From Octopus bimaculoides (taxonomy: Eukaryota), in assembly GCF_001194135.2 (NCBI RefSeq), contig NC_068983.1, positions 105,633,610 through 105,697,609 of the forward strand: a stretch of 64,000 nucleotides of DNA, written 5' to 3'. Position numbers and translations under genes: made by a program. Positions 1 to 14,350 of the stretch are shown in pieces; the stretch's first letter is position 1, and each line of letters starts with the position of its first letter. The notes below the pieces were generated by a model. It did no database searches. It was not told the origin of the DNA and worked only from the letters and a program-made list of their open reading frames with translations.

Positions 1-609
1 CTTCTGTAATACTGTTGTCAGTAAAAAAAAAATGTCTTTTGTGTCTTCTGTTCTGACTTAGCAGTTGCTAATTAATAAGAGTCCTAGCCATTTAAAAAAT
101 AAACAGACAGCTGCAACCTTTACAAAATCTTTTTCAGTGTGAAGACATGTAGAAAGATGCTGCTTTTTGAACTCCTTCAATCCAAGTAGCAATAAAACAG
201 CAGGCATAAAATCATTAATGATAGTGATGATGACTCATATTTGAAAATCCTTTTGGAACATACATTCTCTTTTTTTTTTTCTTCAATTTTGGAGGACTAT
301 TTGTATGGAAATCATTGATTATTGGAAGTCTCATATTTTAGAGCCATGATTTAGCTCTTTTTTTTTCTCTTTTTCTTGTTTCCACATCCTATTTTTCAGA
401 AAGAAGATAGCATTGTATGGCCTGATCTCGTATTGTGTAGCTTATTTTCTGTTTAATGAAATATGTCTTTAGTGAATGCATGTTTACTTTAACCCTCTTA
501 ATACTAATATACTTGAGATAGCCTGTAGTAAAGTGTTATTTAAATTAAAATCTCAATCATAATCTTGTTACAGCATAAATGATATGAAATTTCAGTTGCT
601 CAACAATAG

Positions 610-1216
610 CATCATCAATAATATTAATATGCTAACTTGTTGTTTTGTATGTACCTGATGTGTGTGTCACAGTTACTTCAAAGAAGTGGCAAAGCAAGAG
701 AGAGGACAGAGGGAGTAAGAGAGAAAGAAAGTGAGTGGTGAAGGCATTCGTTTTGTGTTTTTAAATGTTTCAGAGAGGACATAGGAGAGAAAGAAAGAGT
801 GAGAGAGAAAGAAAAAAAAGTGAGAGAGAAAGAGAGAGAGTGAAAGAGACGGTGAGTGGTAACCGTGTTCGTTTTGTGTTTTTAAATGTTTATCACATCG
901 CAAGAGAAGTAGATACATAGATACATATAAACATTATTAAATCAAAAGTGGGAGAGAAGGGGGACCCAAAGGAAGTGAAAGAAAGAGAGGTGAGAGAGAC
1001 AGTAGAAACAAATCTAAAGAAACGTTCATACACAGATACATTGACAAATATTGGATGTCAGTTTCACTTTTCATTACCACACAAGGATAAAATTAACTTA
1101 CAAATGGCTGAGTACTCCACAGACATACATAACATTAACGTAGTTCTCAGGGAGATTCAGCCTCACACAGAATATGACAAGGCTAGCCCCTTTGAATTAC
1201 AGCTACAACTCAAGAC

Positions 1217-1254
<38 letters not shown>

Positions 1255-1579
1255 ATNNNNNNNNNNNNNNNNNNNNNNNNNNNNNNNNNNNNNNNNNNNN
1301 NNNNNNNNNNNNNNNNNNNNNNNNNNNNNNNNNNNNNNNNNNNNNNNNNNNNNNNNNNNNNNNNNNNNNNNNTATGTTACTTATTTTTAGTAGTTCTTCG
1401 ACTTATTTAGTCCCTCGATAGCGTGAGGCATCGATGCACAGTTAATGCCCTTTATATATTATTAAATATATCCATGAAGAAAGGATGAATTTTTTCATTA
1501 CGAAATTTTTCGTTATTTTTTCATTGAGGTTTTTTCACGCTGACTACTTGATAAATTCTTATAAAGAATTTATCCTATA

Positions 1580-1614
<35 letters not shown>

Positions 1615-1960
1615 GAATGTATTTTAAAGTTAATTAGTAATTCCGTTTACGTTTATGTAACAGATATTTTTGTTGGATTATATAGTCATTTGTGTTACAT
1701 TACTTTCTCTATTTTGTAACTGTCACAATATACTTCTCTAAGCCTGAAATTTTTGTGGGGAGGGGGCCAGTTGATTAGATTGACCCCAGTACACAACTGG
1801 TACTTAATTTATCGATCTTGAAAGGACAAGTCAACATCGGCAGAATTTGAACTCAGAACATAAAGACAGATGGTCATAATATACAAACATTTCTCATGGC
1901 ACCAGTACACTGTTTATATTTTCCGTGAATTTTTCACAGGTCCGGCTAGTAATATATTAA
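610..1960 (+). repeat. Composite dispersed repeat, copy 1
   Basis: Same module order as 61340-62455 (GA-rich tandem subunit, SINE-E-like core, SINE-A piece); interrupted by a gap. Confidence 0.8.
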
Positions 1961-3278
1961 TATATAAAGTTGCATGTATTTACTAAACCTTTCAAAATTT
2001 TAATCCTGAAAATTATTTGAAACATATAGTCTTTTCATTAAAAATATAATCACAAAAGTTCTGTTTGCTCTTCAGGTATCCCTACCAGAATGTTATTTAA
2101 TACTTAATTCACTTTCTTCTTTTTTTAATGGTTGATAGGTTAATAGATCTGTGGCATTGTTTTGTTTTTTAGTAAGAGTTTTACTTGTGTTTCAAAAAAA
2201 TGATATAGACCCAGTATCATTTAATAGAAAATTTAGCAGAAGGAAAGGCAACCTGTAGTAACCACATCAAATTTCAAGAACATCTATTTAACATCTGCAC
2301 AGCAAATTACTGAAAGGTAACCTATATATGCAGTGTAAACAATCCATAACTACATTCTGTTGGCAGCCACACAACTATATGTCTAACCACATAGATACAT
2401 TTGTTGCATACCAGAGGACATTGTGTTCTTCCTAATTTTAAGCTGGTAGGGTACGATTTGAGTGAGATGTGGATGTTATTTCTTGAGCAATTGTGTAGAG
2501 GCTCCTTCATTGGCTAGCTTTTAAACATGTAGTCTTACAAACACTTCAATAAAAAGTGGAAAAGTCATTGCTGAAATGTCTTGGATTATATGTCTACTAA
2601 TTTAACGATGATTTGGAGCTAAACAATCAGAACACTTGTACAATACATCTTAAACTCACTGTCTCTCCATTACACCTGCACATTCCTAAAATGCATACTG
2701 AAATTGCTGTTACATCATTTGCATCTCTATATACTAAAGCAAAACTCATTACTGAATTGCCATATGCTCTATAATAAATGTGAGGATTTAAATTTACTAT
2801 GTGTCCATGGAATCTACAGAACCAATTTCTACTGCAAACTACACCAGGGTAGCAAACTGACTGACTATATGATTGACAATTGTCACACTATAATACTCTG
2901 CCATGGAATATAAGTACAGTCTTATATCAGATTTAAGCAACACATATTTGGTTTGCTTTAGGTTATTCTGAAATTATTCAATCAGTTACACTTGAGTAGA
3001 GCTGGTTGGCTTTACTCAACTACACTTCATGTATCTATAAATTCATGACACATTTAGTTTATTCATGATGGAAGAAGAAATTTTAAAATATAGTATAATT
3101 ATGCTATCATACTTATTTAAAATGATGACACATTAACACTCCAAGTTTATATTTGAATACATGCAGTCATTACTTGCTATACCTTCTTGGGATAGAGTAG
3201 TGTTGTTGATCAAATTATAGGCATGATCTCTTCATCTCTCTCTCTCATATATCTACCTGTATATGCTTATGCTTGCAG

Positions 3279-3335
<57 letters not shown>

Positions 3336-6300
3336 CTCTTTGCTTTCTTATGCTGTCATGGGTTGGTTGGATGGGACTTTTTGAGAAAGTATTTTGTAGC
3401 AAGGTGGCCGTTTCGTCGCTTCTTACAGCATGCATTCATATAATATATATTTCAATCATTTAAGACCTAACCATGAATGTAGTACAATAAAAAGAGAATG
3501 TGTCCATATATATATATATTAGCTTCTTCTTGTGATTTACAAAGCGTTACTGTCTCAGCATAGATTGAGAATATAAGAGGTATTTCTAAAATACAGTTCA
3601 GTATATACTAAGAACTTAAAGGCAAAAACCTCCCCCCCCCATACATACACACACACCCTTTTTTTTCCTTCATTATTTTATACATTTGCTTTGCTTCTAA
3701 TGTTTTTAGGCCTTTTAGTTCTTAATGCACTAGTGTATATTGAACTGTCTTGTAGAATGTCTTTTATTCTCAGATGATGTGAAAACTCGGGCATTTTATA
3801 AATCATAAACAACATTAATTTTGTATAATTCTACATATGGCTTATATTAAGTTCTTTATTTGAATTGTGGACATCTTGGCCATATATATAATTTATGTAA
3901 CTAAGAAGTACATCATCATAAAGTAATATTAGTATTCTCCTTTATGCATTGAGTTCTATTTCTCCCATTTGTATAAACTATCCTTTGTGTGTCTATATGC
4001 ATGCTTGTGTGTGTATGTATATATATGTATGTGTGGGGAAGGAAACCATCTCTTTTAAATATGTTGTTCTACAAACATTAAAATCAATTTCCTCATTTAG
4101 TGCTAATATGAGAGGCTGCTGAAAGTGGTGAATGTGTGAGATGAAGAGAGAGCTACCTCACACTGACCATACAGAGGGATAAGCAGTTCAAATCAACAGC
4201 AGATAAAATGATTAAGGACTTGAGAGGTAGAGCTACAGACCCCCTTCTCTCATACTTTAAACCTTTCATTTCCAAACATAAAGCCCTGTCTTTCAGGGTT
4301 TGTAGTCTTGCAAGCTGTATAGTGACCTTACTTGTGCTATTGTCATGAAAAGAGCACTCAGTGTGTGCTATAAAGTAGTTAGCATTAGGAAGGGTATCCA
4401 GCCATAGAAACCATGCCAAAATAGACAATTGAACACAATGCAGTTCTTGGACCTGTCAAATCTGTCGGACTATCTAATCCATACCAACATGGGACATAGA
4501 CGTTAAATGATGGTATATATTTATAAGGTGGGAGAGATTCATATTAAAACTATGTTTCCATTTACAGGAAATTTAGTTTTTTCAGTTGTAAAAATGTACA
4601 TAGTTTGAAACATTTGTTTACATTGGCAATTTGTTACATGATTTTGTTGGTCATAGGAGACATTAGATACCTTATTGTTTTATTGTGTGGCCATTGTCAG
4701 TTCTATTGGAAAGATCTGTAGCATAAATAAGATTTTATCAACACTTTAAAATGTGCTCATCTTGGGCATGGTGTAAGCTATTTTTGTACTTAAGATTTAA
4801 ATTCATTTGGTTCTTGTTTTAAACTTGGCAGGGAATTTGTTGAAAGAAATTTGGCAACTATTCTGAATAGGTGGACTAATTAGTTCGAGTGATATGGAAA
4901 AAATTGACCATGGTTTTAAATTTTCTTTAAAAGTTTAAGTTACTGATGTATGGAAGGGTGGAAAACAATGAAGTTCTTGATGAAGATAGGAATCTGAACA
5001 TTAAGAGCTTAGGAGCATGTGTTGAGTTTCCTCTATTGATTGGATCAATTTGAAGTATTGCAATTATGAGCAGAAATGAAATCTATTGTTTTTTGATATT
5101 AGGAAGAATCGATTTATTTTAAGGGTCTTTTGTGCTATTTCATTAAAAATATTGTTGCTCTATTATTTATAATAAAATAAATTTCTGATGACTCATTGGT
5201 GGGAGAAGCAAATTTTTAAATATATATATTTAAGTAATATATCGTGGAAAATTTAAAATGTTCATATTAAAGACACAGCCCTACTTGGATTTCATTGCTA
5301 AAAATATTAACTCCAGCTAAATATAGAATACTCTAGCCTTATTTTTGATTTGTTTACAATATATGCTCTTGAGGCGAGTCTTCTACATTAAAATGCTTTC
5401 CTTTGAAATAACCACTCATAATGCTTATCTGAAACAATTTTGAAAATTGTTAACAAAGTTAAATCCATAGTGAAATACGAATGTTACTGAAACAATGTTT
5501 CAATAACCTTTGTCAGTAAATTATTATAAAAATACTTACATTTGCATAACAACCTTAAACTAATAAACTTTGATGAATTGTTGAATAATTTTTTATAAAA
5601 CTACTTAATTTTGATATGTCTAATAAACTTTTTTCTTTTAAAATTTAAACAGTTGTAACAAATTTTAAAGTTTCAAAATATAGGCTCTTTATTATTTTTA
5701 TTCTTTATCATTAAGATTGTTTTAATATTTATTGTTAGAAATTTTGGTTTCTATTTTAAAAACTTATAAGAAATGTAGAAGAATTAAAATTTTTTTAAAA
5801 TGTAACTGAGAAAACTCTTATTTTATTTTTATAACAAACATTTTTTTTAAGAGAATAATTTTTATTTTTTTTGCTATAAGCATTGCAGAGTTTACATTAA
5901 TAGTTTTGTTATTTAGTTGGTTTTTATAGTGTTTTAATTTTGTTTCATTACTTTTTACAGTTTTACCTCACGATGACTAATAATTAACTTCTTTTTCAAT
6001 TAACCCTTTGTGGGCATTAATAAATGATGATTGCTGTAATGATTATATTTTCATATGGTTAGTAATGGTTAGAGTGGGGTATTATATTCTAATTAGTCAT
6101 GTTATAAAGGCATGTTTGTTGAATTAAGTGCATGCGCTTTCAGATAGCCAAACCAGCATGCAGTGTTAAATATAAACTGGATATCTGCATGCTCCACATG
6201 TTTACTGTTCAGCTTACTTCATGATGCATGACTGAATATTATATAAATACTGTTCAGTATATTTGCTTGTGTATATACTGCATCACTTCTTGAGTTGTTT

Positions 6301-7673
6301 TTTTGTTGTTTTTTTTCTGCTGGTGGGGATACTCTCTTGTCTTTTTATCCTTTTTTTTCTAGTAAGTGCAAGAATTTATTTTGATTTGCTTGGTTTATAT
6401 TTACAGTCCTCAAAACTGAACTAAGAATATAGCAATGAACTGCAAAATTTGCGCAAAAAAGAAAATCATTTCATTTTGTGCAAAATATATCTCTAAATAG
6501 ATGGCTTTTATCTTCATAGGTGAAATTGCTGCTAAGCCTTATGACAATTTCTTTTCAATTCGCTTTTTTTTTTAATTACATAATATTTATTACACATAGA
6601 AAAGTGAATGTTTGTCAATCTTCAAGCAGGGTAAGATGCTGTTAAATAATTTGGATTGGTGGATTATTTTTATATCTCAAATTTTCTTTCTTAATAATTA
6701 TCATGTTTGTTTTTTGTCCCCAAGAGGACAATCAGCTGAGTGAAGATGATTTTGTTCACATTCCACCAGTTGAAATTAATTCATCTTTAACATAATATAA
6801 ACATAATATTAACTGGTTAAGATATTAAAGTAAGAGAAGCTATCAACATTTAATATTTTTAATCATTACTAATCAAAAAGGAAAACAAACAAATTAATTA
6901 CATACATGTTGTTTTAACTATTGTTAATTAAAAATGAAAATTAGTGAAATGTTACAATTGCAATTGATATAGAATTGCAAATATATTGTTTTTGCTACAA
7001 ATTTCATGGTTTGTATCATTTTCAAACAATTTTAAAGTGATGTTTCTTTCTTTGGAATACTTCAATATATTTCATTCTACTAAATGTAACTCAGCATTTT
7101 GTCTTAGTGTTATTGACAAAATGTATGAAGATAGATTTTTTTTTATGAGTTGTAGAACTACATTTGTTTTGGTTAATATGTACATTAGCTATTGAAAAAG
7201 TTCTGTTGCCAAGAAAATATAGCAAATAAATTTGTATTTAATTTAAGCCATATATCCAACTTCTCATGTTTAGAATAAAAACAAAATTAATAATCACTTT
7301 GAGGAAGGGCATAATTTTAGTAGCATATAAAAATTGTGCTGTTTTCGTTTAAAGTATTCATCTAAGTCTTCGCCCAATCATCTAATACACTCACAAGGAT
7401 TAAACAATTTAAACTATAAGATTTAGTAATTAACCTTTGCACGTATAGCTTCCCTAAATCTGCTAGAATTCAGTAATTTGCACATACAACTTCCCTAAAT
7501 ATGATACTTTGGGGATGTTAAAACCTTCAAGGGTTTTCTTTTCCTCCCAAAGAAATTTATTAAAGTTGCTGGGTTTTTTTTTTTTATATTAACATACAAA
7601 TATATTTCATGTAATCTTGGTGAACTTTTGACATTTTAGAATTAAAATTTCTTTTTTTCTTTTTCTTTTGTAG

Positions 7674-7940
<267 letters not shown>

Positions 7941-9777
7941 TAGTAAAGAGAACTGGAGTGGGTAGAGGGATAGAATTGATGGAACAAAGTCAAAACATCT
8001 TGATGAATTTTAGTACATCCCTTTAGATTCTGAATTTAAAACTTGTGATTTACTTTGTCTTTCATTCTTCAGGTATTGATAATATTAAATGCCAATCACG
8101 CACTAAAGTAGATTACATTCAGCAGAATATTATAACAACTAAGTTTGGTGGGACAGTATAGAATTTTAAAATAAGAGCTATAATTAAAGCAGGAAATAAT
8201 CTTATGATATAATTTCAACAAACAATTCTGTGTATATTTTGCTGCAAGAAAGTTTTCACATGATTATAATGCTAGCTATAGAAAATGTTAGAAAATTCTG
8301 CAACAATTTCATTCATACTTAATGTGTTAAACTCAAAGCTCAGGTATTGTTTTATGCAGTTTGCTGACATCATTATGATCATTTTTACTTTCATTTTTCC
8401 ATACTAGCATGGTTTGTGTGAGTTGTCATAGTCCACATAAGTTCTTATTTGAAATTACTGACCACTTGATTGGATAGCCTGTGATGTGACTTTTGGGCAG
8501 AACCCACATCTTGCTGATATATGATTTTCGGTATGGGTACTTCTTATCACCAAACACTTCACAGGATGCATAGGTGCCACCTGCATCAAGGAAGATGTCA
8601 TAGATAAAGAGGATGAAAGTGTTCTCGCTACTATGTAGCAGTCTTATTTGAAGTTAATGCTCCCTTAAACAAGTAGTATATAATGCAGCTTCCAGACTCC
8701 ATGTCTTGCTTGTGTTCTACTTTGGCATAGTTTCTATGGCTAGATGTTCTTTCTATCACTTATCCCTTCAGAGTGTATTGGGCACATCTTACATCAGTAG
8801 AATGAAAGAAATTGTCTTACGTCAGCAGAACTAAAGAGTCCCTGCTACCCAATATCAGTTCTTATGCAAAGTTACTACTTCCTAGACAGGTCAACTGCAC
8901 CACCCACTGTGCTCCTTTGTGTCACCACATCTCTCACCATAGTCCATCATCCTGCTATCTGCTATAGTTCTTCTCATCTAGCACACAAAACAAATGAAAA
9001 AACTAGCTAACTTTTGTTGTGTATGTGCTGTTGTTAGCAACTGTTTTCCATCTGGATGCCATTCCTATCATTAACCACTTTACAGTGGGTACTTTTTATT
9101 CACTGCTTTATGTTGGAGAGCTAAAGACTCCCTACTTTCTTATACTGTCTCCATTCAAATTTACCATTTTCAGCGGGATTAAATGGGTGAAAGGTCTTGG
9201 TTGTGGTGAGAAGGCTAGCAATGGTTTTTATCAAAATTAGTGTAGGTCAAAGTATTCTTAAAAGAATGACAGCTTTATCTCTGTATATATAGGAGGGGGG
9301 AAAGTTTTAGACTAATGGCAATTCACTCAAAATTTTAAAGATCAGTGGAGTGGGTGGACAGGCAGGTGCATTGGCTAGTGAAATTGTATTGTGTGCTAAG
9401 TAATATTATTAATTGGCTCATGTTTAAATTTAAATCGTCCTTCTTAGAAATAGTTATTTAAGATAGAACAATACATAGATAATAATAAACTAATAAATAT
9501 GGTACTTTACCTTTATAATATCTACCAAGCATTCACAGGTATCAATATCTCTGCTATATTTAATTTTATTTTAATGACTTATATGGAGTTGACACTATTG
9601 TTGTTGGTTGTAATAATGCCAACAACTACTAATTATTTCTTTTTTATCTTGGCACAAAGTTCCTTTTGATGAAGTAATAGGCTTACTCAATTGACCCACT
9701 TATATCACTAGCACCAGTTGTATGAAAGATAGTCATTGCTAAATGGCATAAATGGAAGCAGTTCAACTACTCTGATA

Positions 9778-10188
9778 CTCTTTTTTTTACTCTTTTTAAT
9801 TGTTTCAGTCATTTGACTGCGGCCATGCTGGAGCACCACCTTTAGTCGAGCAAATCGATCCCAGGACTTATTCTTTGGAAGCCTAATACTTATTCTATCG
9901 GTCTCTTTTGCCGAACCGCTAAGTTACGGGGACGTAAACACACCAGCATCAGTTGTCAAGCAATGTTGGGGGGACAAACACAGACACACAAACATATACA
10001 CGCACATACATATATATAAATACATATATACAACAGGCTTCTTTCAGTTTCCGTCTACTAAATCCACTCACAAGGCTTTGGTCAGCCCAAGGTTATAGTA
10101 GAAGACACTTGCCCAAGGTGCCACGCAGTGGGAATGAACCCGGAACCATGTGGTTGGTAAGCAAGCTACTTACCACACAGCCACTCCT
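9778..10188 (-). mobile_element. tRNA-derived SINE family B, near-complete copy
   Basis: Head AGGAGTGGCTGTGTGGTAAG..GGTTCCGGGTTCATTCCC, internal microsatellite, (GAGTAAAA)-type tail; at least 10 related copies in the window. Confidence 0.85.
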
Positions 10189-10264
10189 GATGATAACAAT
10201 AATTATAAATTGCATTTGAAGTGTTATAAATATAATATTCCATGGAGTCTGAGATCTTTGACAA

Positions 10265-10478
10265 GCTGGCAGCATCGTTAGCACACCAGCTGAAATGCTT
10301 AGCGATATTTTGTCTGTCTTCATGTTCTGGGTTCAAATTCCATCATAGTCGACTTTACCTTTCATCCTTTTGGCGTTGATAAATTAAGGACCAGTGAAAC
10401 ACAGGGGTTGATGTAATCAAGTACCCTCCCCGCAAGTTTCAGGCCTTGTGCTTTTAGTAGAAAGGATTATTATAATTA
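10265..10478 (+). mobile_element. SINE family A copy
   Basis: GCTGGCAG..GTTAGCAC..GAAATGCTTAG..GGTTCAAATTCC..GACTTT.CCTTTCATCC; related copies near 17175, 17505, 19140 (+) and 1745, 35690, 53095, 62235, 63485 (-). Confidence 0.78.
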
Positions 10479-10763
10479 GAATCTTTGATATAGTAGTAGC
10501 TTTCTGTAAATTGTTTTATTTGTGAAAATAGGAATAGTTTCTTGAAAATTAAAGATGAAATGATATTGCCAGAGCTTCATCCAGTATTTTTGTTCTTTGT
10601 ATAATTTTTAATAACGGTTTCAACTTACTTAGCTGCATCTCAAGAAATACTTTAATGTTAAATAAATTGAAAATGTTACTCAAAAGCGAGCATCTTTTGA
10701 TTATTGTTTTAAGATATAACAAACCCCTACTGAAATTCTAAAAAGTGTTTCTTGTTTCATTAG

Positions 10764-10844
10764 GTAAAAATCCTTCGGCTATTAAGGATACTTGGTAGAC
10801 TGGATTTGGAAGCCAGTGAGACAATGAATGACATACTTGCACAA
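10764..10844 (+). CDS. AP1G1: AP1G1 exon (VKILRLLRILGRLDLEASETMNDILAQ)
   Basis: TAG acceptor, GTGAGT donor, 81 nt, in frame; matches the gamma-adaptin ILRLLRILG..MNDILAQ motif. Confidence 0.96.
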
Positions 10845-11178
10845 GTGAGTTGTAAAGACTTTCTATTCTTTTCCAAAATTTATATTCATATATTATGTTA
10901 ATTACATTTTGTACTTAAAGTATTTTTTGTATTCTAAAATTATTGTATTACAAAATTAAATAAATTCTCTTCCATTTATCCCTTTCAGAAATTTTATGAA
11001 TATTTTTAAATGACCATTTAACAAATCTATATTATAATTTTTCCATGTATTTTAATGGAATTAATTTCTAATGAAATATTATTGTAAAAAGTATAGGAAA
11101 AATTAAGACATTTAATGATATAAACTTTTACTTACTTTTTGTGGTTGATGTAACATTCTAAAATATCTTAAAATTCAG

Positions 11179-11277
11179 GTTGCTACAAACACAGACACCA
11201 GTAAAAATGTAGGACATGCTATCTTGTATGAGATAGTTTTGACCATCATGGGTATTCAGTCAGAAGCTGGTTTGAGA
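11179..11277 (+). CDS. AP1G1: AP1G1 exon ([33 protein letters not shown])
   Basis: CAG acceptor, GTAAGT donor, 99 nt. Confidence 0.96.
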
Positions 11278-11967
11278 GTAAGTGGGAATATTTTCATTCT
11301 TCAAAAGAATCTACTTCCTATTTTTTTTTTTTTATATAGTTATTTTAATGAATGAGTTTTGGAAGGATGCATTATTTAACACAGTCAAAAAGGATGTATT
11401 AACCCTCACTTCACTATTTAAATTTTTACATACTAATGTGCAGATACTGAGTTAATTAGTTAACTGTGCCTACTACATCATATGAAATGTAGTATTTGTG
11501 GAAAATGCCCTGCTATCAAAAATGAGTTAACTTGGTTCCTGTGTCCCAAGTACACATGCACAGTTTTCATGCAGTAAAGGCAAACTCTTTAGCTGTCCTG
11601 TGTATCATATGTGGAACAGTTTTATGAGATTCTAATGCGAATTTTCCCAAAATGTAAGTTAGAGCAGAATATATTAAGATATATGAAGACACATCAGAAT
11701 GAACACAGGATTCCTGGAAAATTGACAAAAATGGGAAAAAAATAATTAGAAACAGTTATTTACCAATGATATATGAATTAGACTCTTTGTTCAGCTCTAG
11801 TAATTTCTATCATCAGGAACATAAAAATGATGCAGTTGATGAATGAAAATATTTTATCATTTGCAAGAGATTTGTTACCTTAGTTTATTTTGAAAATTTT
11901 AAATTATTTTATGTCTGATTTTATATGTCTGATAAATTAAAAATAATATCATCAAATCTTCTTTTAG

Positions 11968-12023
11968 GTTTTGGCTGTAAATATTTTGGGTAGATTCCTT
12001 TTGAATAGTGACAAAAATATTCG
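11968..12023 (+). CDS. AP1G1: AP1G1 exon ([19 protein letters not shown])
   Basis: TAG acceptor, GTATGT donor, 56 nt, ends phase 2. Confidence 0.96.
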
Positions 12024-12944
12024 GTATGTAAATATTTCCCCTGCTTTTTATGACATTCTATCTTTCTGTTTCTGTTGTTAATGTTTGAATTGAGAATTCA
12101 TTTAAAGAATTTGAACAGATATTATATGTTGTTGCCACAGATATTGTTCAGATTATTACACTTCATCATAGCCATGAAATACTTTTTATTAAGGTTCTGT
12201 GTTGAATAATGATAAGGACTGGTTAGATTTGCATTTAAATTCTCTAGAAAAAATCCAAAAATGAAAACAGTAACTCTGTTGAGAACATAATTCCTTTAAT
12301 CCATGTTTACTTAAGTACTCACTTTTATGACCATCTTGCATAATAAGAAGGAAATCAAAATCCTCTTATTCCATAATCAGAAACCTTACCTTTAAAACTG
12401 TTCCAAATAAACAGTGAAATGTAAAAATTAGTTTGGCGATTACACACATTTGACCAATTCATATATAATTAGTAGTGTCACAAATTTTCATGCTGCTTAG
12501 ACTATTTAGCTCAGCCAGCTTTATCAAAATGTTTGTATAGTAACTTCTCTCAGGGAGAACTCTACCTGAAGCATTAGCATTCACTTCTTATAACACAAAA
12601 ATGTATTCAATTTTATGAATTTTGCAGTCTTTGATTTGTTGTATCATTTCCAAAACATGTACAACCTCTTCGAGCTCTTTGCACAAGAGAGTGAATCCTA
12701 GTAAAAGAAAAGAAGTGTTAGGAAACAGAATTGTGTTTTTTCATTGATGCTTTTTCTTTATTTGACTATTATGAGGAACTAATTCTGGTGAAGAATAATT
12801 TTGCAAAGAAATGTGAACTTATTAGAATATGATATATATGTATGAAATAATTTTGTTATTATTTAAAAAACAGTGGTAGATTGACAGAATCATATTGATC
12901 TTAGATGAAAGCTTAATTAAGATTAATATTCTTTATTGTTGCAG

Positions 12945-13058
12945 ATATGTTGCTTTAAACACACTACTGCGAGTTGTATATGCTGATCACAATGCTGTAC
13001 AGCGACACCGGACCACAATTGTTGACTGCTTGAGAGACCCTGATATTTCTATTCGGAA
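12945..13058 (+). CDS. AP1G1: AP1G1 exon ([37 protein letters not shown])
   Basis: CAG acceptor, GTAAGT donor, 114 nt, phase 2-2. Confidence 0.96.
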
Positions 13059-14209
13059 GTAAGTCAAGTAGTTCACATTTGTTCTTTTTTGTACATAGTC
13101 ATAGGAGGAAGATCAGCTCACATGACATATTGCAGGCCCTCAGAGACTAGTCTGCATGCTTGCAACAGGCTTGGGTCAGCCCAAGTCCATAGAAGAAGAC
13201 ACTTACCCAAGGTGTTGTACAATAGAACTGAACTCAGCGCCATGTGGTTGTGAAGCCACATAGTGATACCTGTTCTAACACTAGATATTTTAAAATTGTG
13301 GAACATGTCGTTTCCTCTTCTACTTGCAAAATATCTCTGTCCTCCTACTGTTGATAACCTGTTTGCTATAGCCAACTCCTCCTCTTTGTTTCTCTTCCCT
13401 CACACTCTAAGCATGTTAACAAACTCATGATTCTCAATACCACCCACCATCCAACACTATCACTATACCTTCCCACACAAATTTTGTTAAAAAAAAAAAC
13501 AACCAAATTCCCCAACTCAGCTCTCGTCTCCACCTTCACTTATCCCTCAAAAATTCTTCATTCACAAACACACCTCTAAAAATCTTTACCCTGGCCTTTA
13601 AAATAATTCTGAGTACCAATGGATCTCATTTTCACAAATAAACATCCATGCCTGCTTGTTTGCCAAAACATCCACCCATTTACACACTATGCCACTCAAT
13701 AACAAATTAAACTTTTCCACCTTCTTTCTTATCACAATAACAGATCAATTGTTCTAACACCTAATCATTCATACTTATACTCCAATGCTACCCCACACAA
13801 AATCACTCTCATCAGCTAAAAACAAATATAATAAACCCTCCAAAAACCCCAACCACTTTACATACACTCCCCACACTTCTAAGCTTTCCAACACCCACAA
13901 TAAAATACACATACATGTATTTTTATTAAAGTTAATATGAAATCTGTAATTACATTTTGAATTGAAGTGGTACGTTGTAAAGCTTATAAAGTAAGCTTGT
14001 ACTTTGTAGATTTACACATTGTATAAGATTATATCTCCAGGCAAAGCTCCTTACTGTATTTGCTTTATTTGTCCTGACAAGAACTTGAGTACCATCTCTA
14101 CTTTTTGATAGGGAGTTTTTTTTTGTTAAAAAATAGGGTTTCTGCCATCATATAAATACCATAATTTGGGAACTTATATTTGTCATTTCAATTTTTTTTT
14201 TTCTTCTAG

Positions 14210-14350
14210 ACGTGCTATGGAACTATGTTTTGCTCTCATCAGTAGCTCCAATGTACGAGGAATGGTTAAAGAGCTGCTTACATTTCTGGAAACCTGTGAT
14301 CCTGAATTTAAAGCAGACTGTTGTTCCAACATAGTCTTGGCTGCTGAAAA
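14210..14350 (+). CDS. AP1G1: AP1G1 exon ([47 protein letters not shown])
   Basis: TAG acceptor, GTAATT donor, 141 nt; overlaps ORF-track entry 14166-14354. Confidence 0.96.

Noticed and set aside
1470-1525. CATGAAGA..ATGAA/TTCAT..CGAAAT motif (and CTGTAAGA..CGAAAC near 3405-3430 on minus)
   Set aside because: Core boxes are mutated and stems I and III are absent.
6520-6630. 111-nt open frame between a TAG acceptor and the 6631 donor
   Set aside because: It runs through a 10-T tract that looks like the pyrimidine tract of the 6600 acceptor, and the hydrophobic low-complexity peptide is implausible.
13370-13915. C/A-rich tract (similar one at 54260-54720) suggestive of a decayed retroelement
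   Set aside because: No diagnostic RT or endonuclease motif could be read with confidence.
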